From assembly GCA_964561475.1 (NCBI GenBank), contig CAZLPU010000011.1, positions 5,021-69,020 of the forward strand: 64,000 bases of DNA, given 5' to 3'. A model generated the notes under the pieces. That model was not told where the DNA came from and did not search any database. It saw only the letters and a list, made by a program, of their open reading frames with translations. The translations under genes and the position numbers were made by a program. The stretch is from an uncultured Alphaproteobacteria bacterium (GTDB lineage: Bacteria; Pseudomonadota; Alphaproteobacteria; JAJFIK01). This document shows positions 39,101-48,300 of the stretch, piece by piece. Each line of letters starts with the position of its first letter. The stretch's first letter is position 1.

Positions 39101-39253
39101 GTCGTGGGGGAGTGTCCGGCGAAGCTCGGCTTCATCGGCCGCACCATGGTCCCCGCGAGACTCCGGATCATGGGCCGTCTGCGCGCCATGGCTGGCTTCA
39201 TCTCGCGTGTCGGGTTCCTCAAACTCAGGAACATGGGCCGTGGCTTGGTTCAC
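36125..39253 (-). CDS. podJ: PodJ-like polarity factor: cytoplasmic coiled-coil/repeat region, single TM, periplasmic Sel1/TPR repeats, C-terminal peptidoglycan-binding (PG_binding_1) domain
   Basis: About 1040 aa. One TM (VAIVLLTTACLGALAVGAMVLM) at about residue 640. Sel1-like repeats (YHLGTLYQEGRGVAQD, MHNLAVIFASGVGVPQD, QFNLAVLYLRGEGVNRD). C-terminal ...DGTFGPRTREAVRQFQRTAGLPVTG... PG-binding motif. Start uncertain (GTG 39253 with a GGAGG SD, or TTG 39265). Confidence 0.65.
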   Translation of the reverse strand: MNQATAHVPEFEEPDTRDEASHGAQTAHDPESRGDHGAADEAELRRTLPHDPADYSAAINEALQRMRSTRPMDRDRQREKERNRNRTSDQDNRDEQDHLAEPNSLPEQNLPGPAPSAAPAPAPARTPDATELDIAPLTNAIDALASRMDKADERSARAFTGITDALSALASRISGDNAATQDSPEEAPGQGTAVNAEFINAFRALTTQVQDLGARMTQLEQADKGDLESLAGLEDAVRRLTLQAEERDDEGAGGLGAIEAKLSQMEARIEELQGDHAAGTDSLRERIFELSETLDHVSSKAQSAVQPKALAALEQRMQEQTVRTVTEALDGALDGAVSGALTGALDGALNTALSGALDRALGKALDEFTQRLEGAEDRSAEAIQTLERDVTAIHDHLQALRDDGPQFSGGGSGNSNSASFDMLDDRLDQMERQNTRSLEDLRAEMRTLADRMIQGPRQGVVTDEDTAAERDTPPFREAHQGFDSQGQDENDHGQAMGLRADGPETRESAYSQTAFEDEDDDPSGPFDFLDAAREAAEAAARARAEEERNGQEQDYEQDRPLRQDEPGQKWFQGTREETAFLDEPPTFDEQAFRNESSETPGEDAYANRDRPLAGSSGRGRTHQNAADFSDDPEERSWTNRPVAIVLLTTACLGALAVGAMVLMRGLDQDGGPSAPGSGATPFWQDAALPSDTGSGPLAPVFDTLAATNTAGVGGLDGMGQSALSALEDPAPSSIGRIDPRAGALRQDAGASNPGTGNSGTTRLETSPALAGTPLLDSRNASLNGEALYAEAISLLNARQGSTSDQNAARMLDQAARSGLAAAHYHLGTLYQEGRGVAQDQARARSHFEVAALAGNRRAMHNLAVIFASGVGVPQDYTRAASWFERAARLGVTDSQFNLAVLYLRGEGVNRDPAQALHWFTIAAAQGDQEAVIHRDDLTRSLGQEGQAIRSQAANWTPEEMNKAANGLFQDKTADRNSQPGDIEMMQSLLAGIGYDIGAVDGTFGPRTREAVRQFQRTAGLPVTGEWSATLMDRLRAQARQGR

Positions 39254-39661
39254 GAACGCCTCCAAACGGGGACAGCGGAAAAGCAGGGAAACCGTCCGCA
39301 GGGTGGACGATCAGGATGCGCCCGATCCGGTGATGACCGCATCTTCAAACGCCGGTCGGGGCTTGGTCACGCAAGGCGCAACCAAATCACTGATCACTGA
39401 AGATGATTCGCACTGCAACCACGATAGCTTGCAGCATCTGGTGTGCAAATTCTTACTTGGATACCAGATCTGGGTTCAGGACAGAGTTGCGGCGCAAGGA
39501 CGGGAATGACGGTTCCGGTGGGTCGGTTCCGAAGAGAGCGTTCAGGGGAAAGTAAGACCGGCAGGGAGATGACTTCAGAGAAGACGCCACCGCAGTGGAG
39601 CAGGTCATAAACGATTCGCGCGAAGGGCGGCGCTTGAATGGATCCTCGCTTGTACGCCGCG

Positions 39662-39675
39662 CCCCGGGGGGGGGG
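39662..39675. repeat. C4G10 homopolymeric tract in the podJ-like/merR divergent intergenic region
   Basis: Sequence CCCCGGGGGGGGGG read directly. It is the only homopolymer of 10 or more nt that I noticed in the window. Confidence 0.9.
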
Positions 39676-39741
39676 ACACGCATCCGGGGAAACCAGGGAT
39701 CAACCGACTTGGCCCGGCCTGATTTGTGACCGGCTCACCCT

Positions 39742-39763
39742 TTGACGTTTACGTTAACGTCAA
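39742..39763. promoter_or_regulatory. 22-bp near-perfect palindrome TTGACGTTTACGTTAACGTCAA overlapping a sigma70-like promoter (TTGACG-N17-TAGCGT) upstream of merR. Candidate MerR/LiuR-type operator.
   Basis: Reverse complement matches the forward at 20 of 22 positions. Its 5' half coincides with a -35 TTGACG hexamer. About 75 nt upstream of the merR ATG. Confidence 0.5.
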
Positions 39764-39838
39764 CTAGCGTTCTCTATGCCTGGATGTCGACCTTGGCGGC
39801 GTACATCCCTGCTGGTTTGCATGACCTCGATTGGATAC

Positions 39839-40411
39839 ATGGATCTGCTCAAGACACTTAGCACCCCGCCCGCCGAAGGCCACTCGGGCTCGGATCGCCT
39901 CATTGGTGACCGTTCAACCACGGACCGCCCAACCACGGACCGTTCAGCCGTGCGTTCGCCGGACCAGTCTGGCGTGGACGCCCAGGAATTCTCCATTTCC
40001 GATCTGGCCGCTGAATTCTCGATCACGCCCCGCACCATCCGCTTTTATGAGGACAAAGGCCTGCTCGCGCCCCGGCGCCGGAAGCAGACCCGGATCTATG
40101 GCCGCAGGGACCGGGCGCGGTTGTCCCTCATCCTGCGCGGACGGCGTGTCGGCTTCTCTCTCGATGAGATCAAGGAGATGCTCGACCTCTACGATTTGCG
40201 GGATGGCCAGGCGGCGCAGATCACCCATGCCCTTGGAAAATTCGAACAGCGGATCGCCGTTCTGGAGGCCCAGCGGCGGGATATCGACGATGCGCTCGGT
40301 GAACTGAAGGCTGCCAGGGACGCGGCCCGGGCCCGGCTGACAGCCCTGGAAGGAGATGGACTCGGCGGGGCACCCGCCATTGTGGGATTTGCGGTCCCAC
40401 CCCGGCGATGA
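39839..40411 (+). CDS. MerR-family transcriptional regulator (LiuR-like), likely regulator of the downstream beta-oxidation operon
   Basis: HTH ISDLAAEFSITPRTIRFYEDKGLL about 60 aa from the start. Coiled-coil dimerisation helix. Sits upstream of the acyl-CoA dehydrogenase genes. The N-terminal 50 aa extension is unusual, so the start is uncertain. Confidence 0.7.
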   Translation: MDLLKTLSTPPAEGHSGSDRLIGDRSTTDRPTTDRSAVRSPDQSGVDAQEFSISDLAAEFSITPRTIRFYEDKGLLAPRRRKQTRIYGRRDRARLSLILRGRRVGFSLDEIKEMLDLYDLRDGQAAQITHALGKFEQRIAVLEAQRRDIDDALGELKAARDAARARLTALEGDGLGGAPAIVGFAVPPRR

Positions 40412-40646
40412 CGGACCCATTGGCCGGGGCAGGGCACCGCCGCAGATGACTGTGTTTCGCCCCCTGGAACGGTGTGTCCTGGAAAGGACCGTTCGGGAGG
40501 CGGAACATCGGAGCTCTCAATTGATGAACGGGGCGGTGGTGCTGATGCGGTGCTTCCGGCCATTGGAACGAACCCCCGCAAAACCACGTTGCCCCGGTTC
40601 GGGGCTGGTTGTTGGGGCACAAAGAACGATCAGGAAAGGGACCATC

Positions 40647-42443
40647 ATGGCTGTGTATCAGGCGCCGGTGAACGACACGAAATTCATCCTCGAAGACCTG
40701 CTCCATCTGGAGCGCTATTCCAATCTGGACGGATTTGCGGAAGCCACGCCGGACCTTGTGGATGCGATCCTGACCGAGGCGGCGCGTCTGTCCGAGGAGG
40801 TCCTGCTCCCGGTCAATGAAATCGGCGATCGTCAGGGCTGCACCTATGATCCCCAGACCCGGAGTGTGAAGACCCCGGACGGCTTCCCCGAGGCTTACAA
40901 GACCTTCAGTGAAGGGGGGTGGGTCGGCCTGACGTCGACGCCGGATTATGGCGGCCAGGGACTGCCCGCGGTTATCGGCCTTGCCCTCAATGAAATGGTG
41001 TCCTCGGCGAACATGGCATTTGCCATGTATCCGGGGCTGTCCCACGGTGCCTATTCCGCTCTCCTCGCTCACGGCACGGAAGAACAGAAGGCGACCTATC
41101 TGCCCAAGCTTGTGTCCGGGGAATGGTCCGGCACCATGAATCTCACTGAACCTCAGTGCGGGACGGATCTGGGCCTCATTCGCACCAAGGCGGAGCCCCT
41201 GGATGACGGCAGCTATGCCATCAGCGGCACCAAGATCTGGATTTCCGGCGGCGAGCAGGATCTGACCTCGAATATCATCCACTTGGTGCTGGCCAAGATC
41301 CCGGGCGGACCCGACGGTGTCAAAGGCATTTCCCTCTTCATCGTGCCGAAATTCCTGGTGAACCCGGACGGTTCCCTGGGTGAACGTAATGGAGCCTATT
41401 GCGGCGGCCTTGAAAGCAAGATGGGCATTCACGGCAATGCCACCTGCGTGATGAATTACGAAGGTGCGAAAGGCTGGCTGGTGGGTGAGCCCCACAAGGG
41501 CATGCGCGCCATGTTCACCATGATGAACGAGGCCCGGCTCGGGGTCGGTCTTCAGGGTCTGTCCATTTCCGAAATCGCCTACCAGAACGCTCTTGCCTTC
41601 GCCAAGGACCGCCGCCAGGGCCGGGCCCTGTCCGGCGCCAACGAGCCCGATGCGCCGGCGGACTCGATCATGGTTCACCCGGATGTGCGCCGCATGCTGA
41701 TGGAAGTGCGGGCTTTCAACGAGGGCGCCCGGGCCCTGCTCCTGTGGGTCGGTCTCTGGGGCGATCTTGAGCACAAGTCCGAGGATCCGGCGGTGCGGGA
41801 AAAGGCCGGGGACTACATGGCGCTGATGACCCCGATCCTGAAGGCCTATCTGACGGAGAAAGGTCTGATGAACGCAATCTGGGCCCAGCAGGTGCTGGGC
41901 GGCAGTGGGTTCGTCAAGGACTATCCCATGGAGCAGTTCGTCCGGGATGTGCGCATTTCTCTGATCTACGAAGGCACCAACGGCATCCAGGCCCTGGATC
42001 TGGTCGGCCGCAAGCTCATGGCCAATGGCGGACGTGCGGTGAACACCTTCTTCGCGGATATCGCCCAGTTGAAGAGCGAATGCGAAGGCGACCAGGATCT
42101 CGCACCTTTTGTCGAGGCCCTGGAGACCACCTCCGCCCATCTCCACGGGGCCACCACATGGCTGGCGGAACACGCCCTGGCGGACTTCGACAACGCGGCT
42201 GCGGGGTCGGCGGACTATCTCAATCTCTTCGCCGTCACGGCCCTGAGCTACACCTGGCTCGACATTGCCCGGCGGTCCATGGAACGCATCCATGAAGGTG
42301 TGCCCAACAAAGCCTTTTATGAGCGCAAACTGGCCAGCGCCCGCTACTTCGTGGCCCGGGTGGCGCCTGAAGCCGCAGTTCATCGTGCCAAACTCGAAGC
42401 GGGTGCGGCGCCGGTCATGGCCCTGGCGGCGGATGAGTTCTGA
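40647..42443 (+). CDS. Acyl-CoA dehydrogenase, long form (about 600 aa, FadE-like with a C-terminal extension domain)
   Basis: ACAD N/M/C domains (SGTKIWISGGEQD...). 598 aa. AGGAAAGGGA RBS. Confidence 0.85.
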   Translation: MAVYQAPVNDTKFILEDLLHLERYSNLDGFAEATPDLVDAILTEAARLSEEVLLPVNEIGDRQGCTYDPQTRSVKTPDGFPEAYKTFSEGGWVGLTSTPDYGGQGLPAVIGLALNEMVSSANMAFAMYPGLSHGAYSALLAHGTEEQKATYLPKLVSGEWSGTMNLTEPQCGTDLGLIRTKAEPLDDGSYAISGTKIWISGGEQDLTSNIIHLVLAKIPGGPDGVKGISLFIVPKFLVNPDGSLGERNGAYCGGLESKMGIHGNATCVMNYEGAKGWLVGEPHKGMRAMFTMMNEARLGVGLQGLSISEIAYQNALAFAKDRRQGRALSGANEPDAPADSIMVHPDVRRMLMEVRAFNEGARALLLWVGLWGDLEHKSEDPAVREKAGDYMALMTPILKAYLTEKGLMNAIWAQQVLGGSGFVKDYPMEQFVRDVRISLIYEGTNGIQALDLVGRKLMANGGRAVNTFFADIAQLKSECEGDQDLAPFVEALETTSAHLHGATTWLAEHALADFDNAAAGSADYLNLFAVTALSYTWLDIARRSMERIHEGVPNKAFYERKLASARYFVARVAPEAAVHRAKLEAGAAPVMALAADEF

Positions 42444-42485
42444 GAAAAATCCGTATAGAGCAAAACAACGGCGAAGGAGGAACCC

Positions 42486-43643
42486 ATGTCCGTCTTGCAG
42501 GTAGAGCGTCCTGATTGGCGCACGGAAGATATCGAAATTTTTGCCGAAGCATCCCGGCGGTTTTTCGAGAGGGAGTGTGCGCCCTACAATGAAAAGTGGA
42601 TCGAGCAGGGCGTGGTGGACCGGGATGCCTGGTACAAGGCCGGTGAGGCGGGTCTTCTGTGTGCGAGCATGCCGGAGGAATACGGCGGCGCGGGCGGCAA
42701 TTTCGCCCACGAAGCCATGATCATTGAATCCCAGGCGGCGGCGCTCGTGGACGGGTTCGGCGTCACCCTGCATAACGCCATTGTGACGCCCTACATTCTC
42801 CATTTCGGCACGGAGGAACAGAAGCGTAAATGGCTGCCCCGGTGTGCCAGCGGCGAGTTGGTGACCGCCATCGCCATGACCGAACCGGGCACCGGCTCGG
42901 ATCTGCAAAGCATCCGCACCACGGCCCGTCAGTCCGGGAATGAATATGTCATCAACGGACAGAAAACCTTTATCACCAATGGTCAGACCGCCAATCTGAT
43001 CTGCGTGGTCTGCAAGACCGATCCGGAGCAGGGCGCCAGGGGCATTTCCCTGATCATGGTGGAGACGGACGAAGTGGAAGGGTTCCGCCGGGGACGCAAC
43101 CTGAAAAAGATGGGCCAGAAGAGCCAGGACACATCGGAACTCTTTTTCGACAATGTCCGGGTGCCGACGTCGAATCTGATCGGGTCCGCGGAAGGCCAGG
43201 GCTTCGTGCAGCTCATGACCGAACTGCCCCAGGAACGCCATATCATCGGCCTTCAGGGGCTGGGTCGCATCGAGTCCGCGCTTCAGATCACTATCGATTA
43301 CGTCAAGGAGCGGACCGCGTTCGGCCAGAGGCTGATCGATTTCCAGAACACCCAGTTCAAACTGGCCGAACTGAAGACCGAGGCCACCATCGGCAAGGTG
43401 TTCATGGACTATTGCACCGGCCAGCTTCTCAAAGGACAGCTCGATGCGTCCACCGCCTCCATGTCCAAATACTGGATGAGCGATCTGGAGTGCAAGGTGA
43501 CCGATGAGTGTCTCCAGTTCTTCGGTGGCTATGGCTACATGGACGAATATCCCATTTCCCGGATGTTCCGGGATGCCCGGGTGCAGAAGATATACGGCGG
43601 GGCCAATGAGGTCATGAAAATGCTCATTGCCCGAACACTCTGA
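42486..43643 (+). CDS. Acyl-CoA dehydrogenase (short/medium-chain type)
   Basis: 385 aa. Motifs [13 protein letters not shown] and catalytic C-terminal ...[27 protein letters not shown]. Confidence 0.9.
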   Translation: MSVLQVERPDWRTEDIEIFAEASRRFFERECAPYNEKWIEQGVVDRDAWYKAGEAGLLCASMPEEYGGAGGNFAHEAMIIESQAAALVDGFGVTLHNAIVTPYILHFGTEEQKRKWLPRCASGELVTAIAMTEPGTGSDLQSIRTTARQSGNEYVINGQKTFITNGQTANLICVVCKTDPEQGARGISLIMVETDEVEGFRRGRNLKKMGQKSQDTSELFFDNVRVPTSNLIGSAEGQGFVQLMTELPQERHIIGLQGLGRIESALQITIDYVKERTAFGQRLIDFQNTQFKLAELKTEATIGKVFMDYCTGQLLKGQLDASTASMSKYWMSDLECKVTDECLQFFGGYGYMDEYPISRMFRDARVQKIYGGANEVMKMLIARTL

Positions 43644-43758
43644 GAAGGCGCTCTGACAACAGGACCATCAGGCAGATTCAATGGGCCGTGCCCCAGACCC
43701 GATGTTGGATCAACGGTTTGGCACATCTGGGTACGGACAGACAATGGAGGATCACACC

Positions 43759-44964
43759 ATGACCGACGCTTACATTTACGACCATGTTCGCACCCCACGG
43801 GGCAAGGGCCGGAAGGACGGGGCGCTGCATGAAATCACCGCGCTTCAGCTTGCCACCCAGGTTCTCGAAAGCATCCGGGACCGGAACAATCTGGATACCT
43901 CGAAGGTCGACGACGTGGTCCTGGGCTGTGTGTCGCCGGTCAACGAGCAGGGCTCGGACATTGCCCGGACTGCGGTTTTGAACGCGGATTACGATGAGAG
44001 CGTTTCCGGTGTGCAGATCAACCGGTTCTGCGCGTCGGGGCTCGAGGCGGTCAACATGGCCGCAGCCCAGGTCATGGCCGGACAGCATGACCTGACCATC
44101 GGCGGCGGCGTGGAAAGCATGAGCCGTGTACCGATGGGTACGGATGGCGGTGCCTGGTCCACGGACCCGGACATTGCCTTCAAGACCTATTTCACACCCC
44201 AGGGCATCGGCGCTGACATGATCGCCACCAAGTGGGGATTCAGCCGGGAGGATGTGGACGCCTACGCGGTGGAAAGCCAGCGCCGGGCAGCCAACGCCTG
44301 GGAGAACGGCTATTTCAACAAGTCCGTGGTGCCCGTGAAGGATCAGCTTGGCCTGACCATTCTGGACCGGGATGAACACATCCGCCCCGAGACGAATATG
44401 CAGTCACTCGGTGCCCTGAACCCCTCTTTCGCCGCCCTGGGCGAGTTTGCCTTTGACGGGGTCATCCTCGACCGGTATCCGGAGGTGGAAGCGGTCAACC
44501 ACGTGCACCATGCGGGCAACTCCTCGGGCATCGTCGACGGTTCCGCCGGCGTCCTTCTGGGCACGAAGGAAATCGGCGACGAGTTGGGCCTGAAAGCCCG
44601 CGCCCGGATCCGCGCTTTTGCCTCCATCGGGTCCGAGCCGTCCATCATGCTCACCGGCCCGACCTATGTGACCGAGAAGGCCCTGGCCAGGGCGGGCATG
44701 GAACCCGGCGACATTGATCTGTATGAACTCAACGAGGCCTTCGCCGCCGTCGTGCTCCTGATGATGCACAATCTGAATATCCCCCACGACAAGATCAATG
44801 TGAACGGCGGCGCCATCGCCATGGGCCATCCCCTCGGGGCCACCGGCGCCATGATCCTGGGTACTGTGCTCGACGAGTTGGAACGCCGGGATCTGAACAC
44901 CGCCCTGGTCACGCTGTGTGTCGGCGCGGGCATGGGCACTGCCACCATTATCGAGCGGGTCTGA
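43759..44964 (+). CDS. fadA: Acetyl-CoA C-acyltransferase (3-ketoacyl-CoA thiolase)
   Basis: Thiolase active-site Cys region [13 protein letters not shown]-terminal [17 protein letters not shown] and CVGAGMG. Confidence 0.9.
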   Translation: MTDAYIYDHVRTPRGKGRKDGALHEITALQLATQVLESIRDRNNLDTSKVDDVVLGCVSPVNEQGSDIARTAVLNADYDESVSGVQINRFCASGLEAVNMAAAQVMAGQHDLTIGGGVESMSRVPMGTDGGAWSTDPDIAFKTYFTPQGIGADMIATKWGFSREDVDAYAVESQRRAANAWENGYFNKSVVPVKDQLGLTILDRDEHIRPETNMQSLGALNPSFAALGEFAFDGVILDRYPEVEAVNHVHHAGNSSGIVDGSAGVLLGTKEIGDELGLKARARIRAFASIGSEPSIMLTGPTYVTEKALARAGMEPGDIDLYELNEAFAAVVLLMMHNLNIPHDKINVNGGAIAMGHPLGATGAMILGTVLDELERRDLNTALVTLCVGAGMGTATIIERV

Positions 44965-45050
44965 TCCCGGAAGATACCCCAATTGCTCCGCCTGCGGTCT
45001 CTTCAATCGCGGGCGTCGAGCCACAACCATCAAAGAGACGAGGACGGATC

Positions 45051-47246
45051 ATGCATTTCGAGAACATGCGCTTTGAAAAGGATGCAGACGGCATCGTGAC
45101 CGTGACCTGGGATATGCCCGGCCGGTCCATGAATGTGCTCAGCCAGAGCTCCATGGCCGATTTTGCCCAGGCCATTGAGGCCATCACCACCGATGAGACC
45201 ATCACCGGCGCCGTGATCACCAGCGGCAAACCCGCTTTTCTGGCCGGAGCGGATCTTGGCGAGCTGGGCGGCGGCAGCGGCATCGGCGGGGCAGGCAGCG
45301 CCCAGAGCGAAGAAGAGGCCCTGCGCCAGCAATTTGAAAGTGCGTACACGATCAACCATCTGCTCCGGACCCTGGAGACCTGCGGCAAGCCCGTGGTGGC
45401 GGCGATCAACGGCACGGCCCTCGGCGGCGGCCTTGAGATCACCCTGGCCTGCCATCACCGGGTCGTGGCGGATGATTCCTCGATCCAGCTTGGGTTGCCG
45501 GAATCCAAGGTCGGCCTTCTGCCCGGCGGCGGCGGGACCCAGCGTCTGCCCCGTCTCATCGGTGCCGCCAATGCCCTGCCCCTGATCCTCCAGGGCACCA
45601 GCCTGAACCCGCAAAAGGCGCTGGCGTCCGGCATCGTCCATAAAGTGGTGCCTGCGGATCAACTCATTGCGGAAGCCAAGCGGTGGATCCGGGAAGAGGG
45701 TGATCCGGTGCAGCCCTGGGACAAGAAGGGCTTCAGGGTGCCCGGCGGCGATCCCTATGAGAACAGCCAAACCTTCGTGATGGGCACCGCCATGCTGCGC
45801 AAGCAGACCCATGGGAATTATCCGGCCCAGACCAATATCATGCGCGCGATCTATGAAGGCCTGCTCGTGCCCATGGATGCGGGCCTGCGGATCGAGAGCC
45901 GTTACTTCGTCGATCTGCTACGCCGCCCTGAGTCCCGCAACATGATCCGCTCCCTGTTCCTGTCCATGCAGGAGCTGAACAAGCTGGCCCGCCGCCCCGC
46001 GGATACCCCGACCTATGACGTTCAGAAGCTTGGCATGCTCGGTGCGGGGATGATGGGCGCAGGGATCGCTTATGTTTCCGCACTTGCAGGCATGGAAGTG
46101 ATCCTGATCGACCGCAACCAGGAAGACGCCGAGAAGGGCAAGCAGTACGCCGTAGCGCTTCTGGACAAGCAGATCCAGCGGGGCCGGATGACCGAGGAGC
46201 AGAAGCAGGTCATCCTCAGCCGGATCATTCCGACAACGGATTATGAACAGCTTCGCGGTGCGGAACTGATCATCGAGGCCGTGTTCGAGGACCGCTCCAT
46301 CAAGGCGGACGTGACCAGGCGGGCCGAGGCCATGCTGGAGCCGACAGCCGTGTTCGGTTCCAACACCTCGACCCTGCCCATCACCGGGCTGGCTGAAGCC
46401 AGCGTCCGGCCGGACAACTTCATCGGAATCCACTTTTTCTCGCCGGTGGACAAGATGCAGCTTGTGGAAATCATCATGGGCGAGGGCACCAGCCACGAGA
46501 CCCTGGCCAAGGCCATGGACTATGTGAAAAAGATCCGGAAGACCCCCATCGTGGTGAACGACAGCCGGGGGTTCTATACCTCCCGGGTGTTCGGCACCTA
46601 TGTCCGCGAGGGCATCGCCATGCTGGCGGAAGGGGTCAAGCCCGCCCTGATCGAAAATGCGGGTCGACTGACGGGTATGCCCATGCCCCCGCTCATGCTC
46701 AATGACGAGGTCAGCCTGGATCTCAGCTACAAGGTCATGAAGCAGACCCGGGAAGATCTGGGTGATGCCTATCGCCGGTCCGCCTCCGACGATATCGTGG
46801 AAGGTATGGTGGAGACCCACGGCCGGCTGGGCAAGAAAGTCGGCAAGGGCTTCTATGACTATCTTGACGGCGGCAAGAAGCGTTTGTGGCCGGATCTCCA
46901 CAAGCTCGTTCCGGAGGCGCCGGAGCAGCCGGATGTAGAAGAGTTGAAACTGCGCTTCATGGTCATTCAGGCCCTGGAGACCGCCCGCTGCTTTGAAGAA
47001 AATGTTCTCACCGATGTGCGTGACGCGGATGTGGGCGCCATTCTGGGCTGGGGCTTCGCGCCTTACACCGGCGGCCCCCTTTCCCTGATCGATACGATGG
47101 GGACGGCGGAATTTGTCGCCACCTGTGACCGGCTTGCCCAACAGTATGGCGAGCGGTTCATCCCCAACCAGCTTCTGCGGGAAATGGCCCAGACGGATGA
47201 CACCTTCTATCAGCGGTTCAATCCGGCTGCTGAAGAAGCTGCCTGA
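45051..47246 (+). CDS. fadB: Fatty-acid oxidation multifunctional protein: enoyl-CoA hydratase fused to 3-hydroxyacyl-CoA dehydrogenase (FadB/FadJ-like)
   Basis: N-terminal crotonase fold (AAINGTALGGGLEITLACHHR). Central NAD-binding LGAGMMGAGIAYV. 731 aa. Confidence 0.9.
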   Translation: MHFENMRFEKDADGIVTVTWDMPGRSMNVLSQSSMADFAQAIEAITTDETITGAVITSGKPAFLAGADLGELGGGSGIGGAGSAQSEEEALRQQFESAYTINHLLRTLETCGKPVVAAINGTALGGGLEITLACHHRVVADDSSIQLGLPESKVGLLPGGGGTQRLPRLIGAANALPLILQGTSLNPQKALASGIVHKVVPADQLIAEAKRWIREEGDPVQPWDKKGFRVPGGDPYENSQTFVMGTAMLRKQTHGNYPAQTNIMRAIYEGLLVPMDAGLRIESRYFVDLLRRPESRNMIRSLFLSMQELNKLARRPADTPTYDVQKLGMLGAGMMGAGIAYVSALAGMEVILIDRNQEDAEKGKQYAVALLDKQIQRGRMTEEQKQVILSRIIPTTDYEQLRGAELIIEAVFEDRSIKADVTRRAEAMLEPTAVFGSNTSTLPITGLAEASVRPDNFIGIHFFSPVDKMQLVEIIMGEGTSHETLAKAMDYVKKIRKTPIVVNDSRGFYTSRVFGTYVREGIAMLAEGVKPALIENAGRLTGMPMPPLMLNDEVSLDLSYKVMKQTREDLGDAYRRSASDDIVEGMVETHGRLGKKVGKGFYDYLDGGKKRLWPDLHKLVPEAPEQPDVEELKLRFMVIQALETARCFEENVLTDVRDADVGAILGWGFAPYTGGPLSLIDTMGTAEFVATCDRLAQQYGERFIPNQLLREMAQTDDTFYQRFNPAAEEAA

Positions 47247-47277
47247 TGCTGATCCGATGACATTTGAAGTGTGAAGA

Positions 47278-48264
47278 ATGGGGCCGGCGGACATGAATCC
47301 GCTGGCCCCTGTCACGATGACCGAGCCACCCTGTTCCGAGGGAGAGGCTGGGCAGGGGAGCACAAGGTTGATGACTGAGCATGTTCACAATCCGGAGCGC
47401 CGGGCCATCAGCCTGAACGGCGGCGCCATGTCCTGCCTCTTCTGGGATCAGGCCGGCCCTGATGCGCCTTTTCTGCATTTCGCCCATGCCAATGGGTTCA
47501 ATGCTCAGACGTACACCCGCATATTGGGCCCCCTGGCGGACCAAATGCGCATTGTTGCCAGTGATCTGCGGGGGCATGGCATGAGCACCCTTGCGGCGGA
47601 TCCGGAAACCCATGAATCCTGGTATCTGTACCGGGATGACCTGATTGCGTTGCTGGAGACTCTCGACACGGGGCCGGTGGTTCTGGCTGGTCATTCCATG
47701 GGGGCGACCTCGAGCCTGCTGGTTGCGATTGCGCGGCCGGATCTGGTGAGGGCTCTGGTTCTCTTCGAGCCGGTCATCCTGCCTCGGATGTATTTCTGGC
47801 AGGTGGAGATCTGGCGGATGCTGGGTATCAAGGAACCGCTCACGCCCTTCGCCAAGGGCGCGCTCAACCGCCGGGCGCAATGGCCGGACCGGGAAACGGT
47901 CGTGCGGGGCTACACGGGCCGGGGCGCCTTCAAGACCTGGCCGGTCGATATCCTGGCGGACTATGTGGACGGCGGGACCAGGGTGTGTGCGGACGGAACC
48001 GTGGAACTGGCCTGTGCGCCGGCCTGGGAGGCGGCGAATTTCTCCAGCCACAATCACAATTTCTGGCCCCGCCTGGTCAAGGTGACCTGCCCGGTGACCA
48101 TCCTGCGGGGGGCGATCGGGTCCACCTGTCCGGAGCCCAGGGCCCGGGCGCTCACTGCGCGCCTCAGCCATGTTTCTGACAGGGCGGTGGACGGAGCGAC
48201 CCATTTTCTGCCCATGGAACGTCCGGATCTGGTCGTTGAGACCCTGCGCAGCGTGGTGCTCTGA
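47278..48264 (+). CDS. Alpha/beta hydrolase
   Basis: GHSMG nucleophile elbow (LAGHSMGA). 328 aa. Last gene of the beta-oxidation block. Start could be a downstream ATG. Confidence 0.7.
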   Translation: MGPADMNPLAPVTMTEPPCSEGEAGQGSTRLMTEHVHNPERRAISLNGGAMSCLFWDQAGPDAPFLHFAHANGFNAQTYTRILGPLADQMRIVASDLRGHGMSTLAADPETHESWYLYRDDLIALLETLDTGPVVLAGHSMGATSSLLVAIARPDLVRALVLFEPVILPRMYFWQVEIWRMLGIKEPLTPFAKGALNRRAQWPDRETVVRGYTGRGAFKTWPVDILADYVDGGTRVCADGTVELACAPAWEAANFSSHNHNFWPRLVKVTCPVTILRGAIGSTCPEPRARALTARLSHVSDRAVDGATHFLPMERPDLVVETLRSVVL

Positions 48265-48300
48265 CGACGGAGGGCAGGGGGTGGGGGGCGGCGGGCGGTC

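Noticed and set aside
36029-39400. 272-aa and 542-aa plus-strand ORFs
   Set aside because: Antisense to the PodJ-like gene, whose minus frame shows a TM helix plus Sel1 and PG-binding motifs.
40221-43241. 1006-aa minus-strand ORF
   Set aside because: Antisense to two acyl-CoA dehydrogenase genes that have strong family motifs and RBSs. The product is low-complexity and Arg/Gly/Pro-rich.
43678-48204. Minus-strand ORFs of 233, 260, 481 and 328 aa
   Set aside because: Antisense to the thiolase, FadB-like and alpha/beta hydrolase genes.
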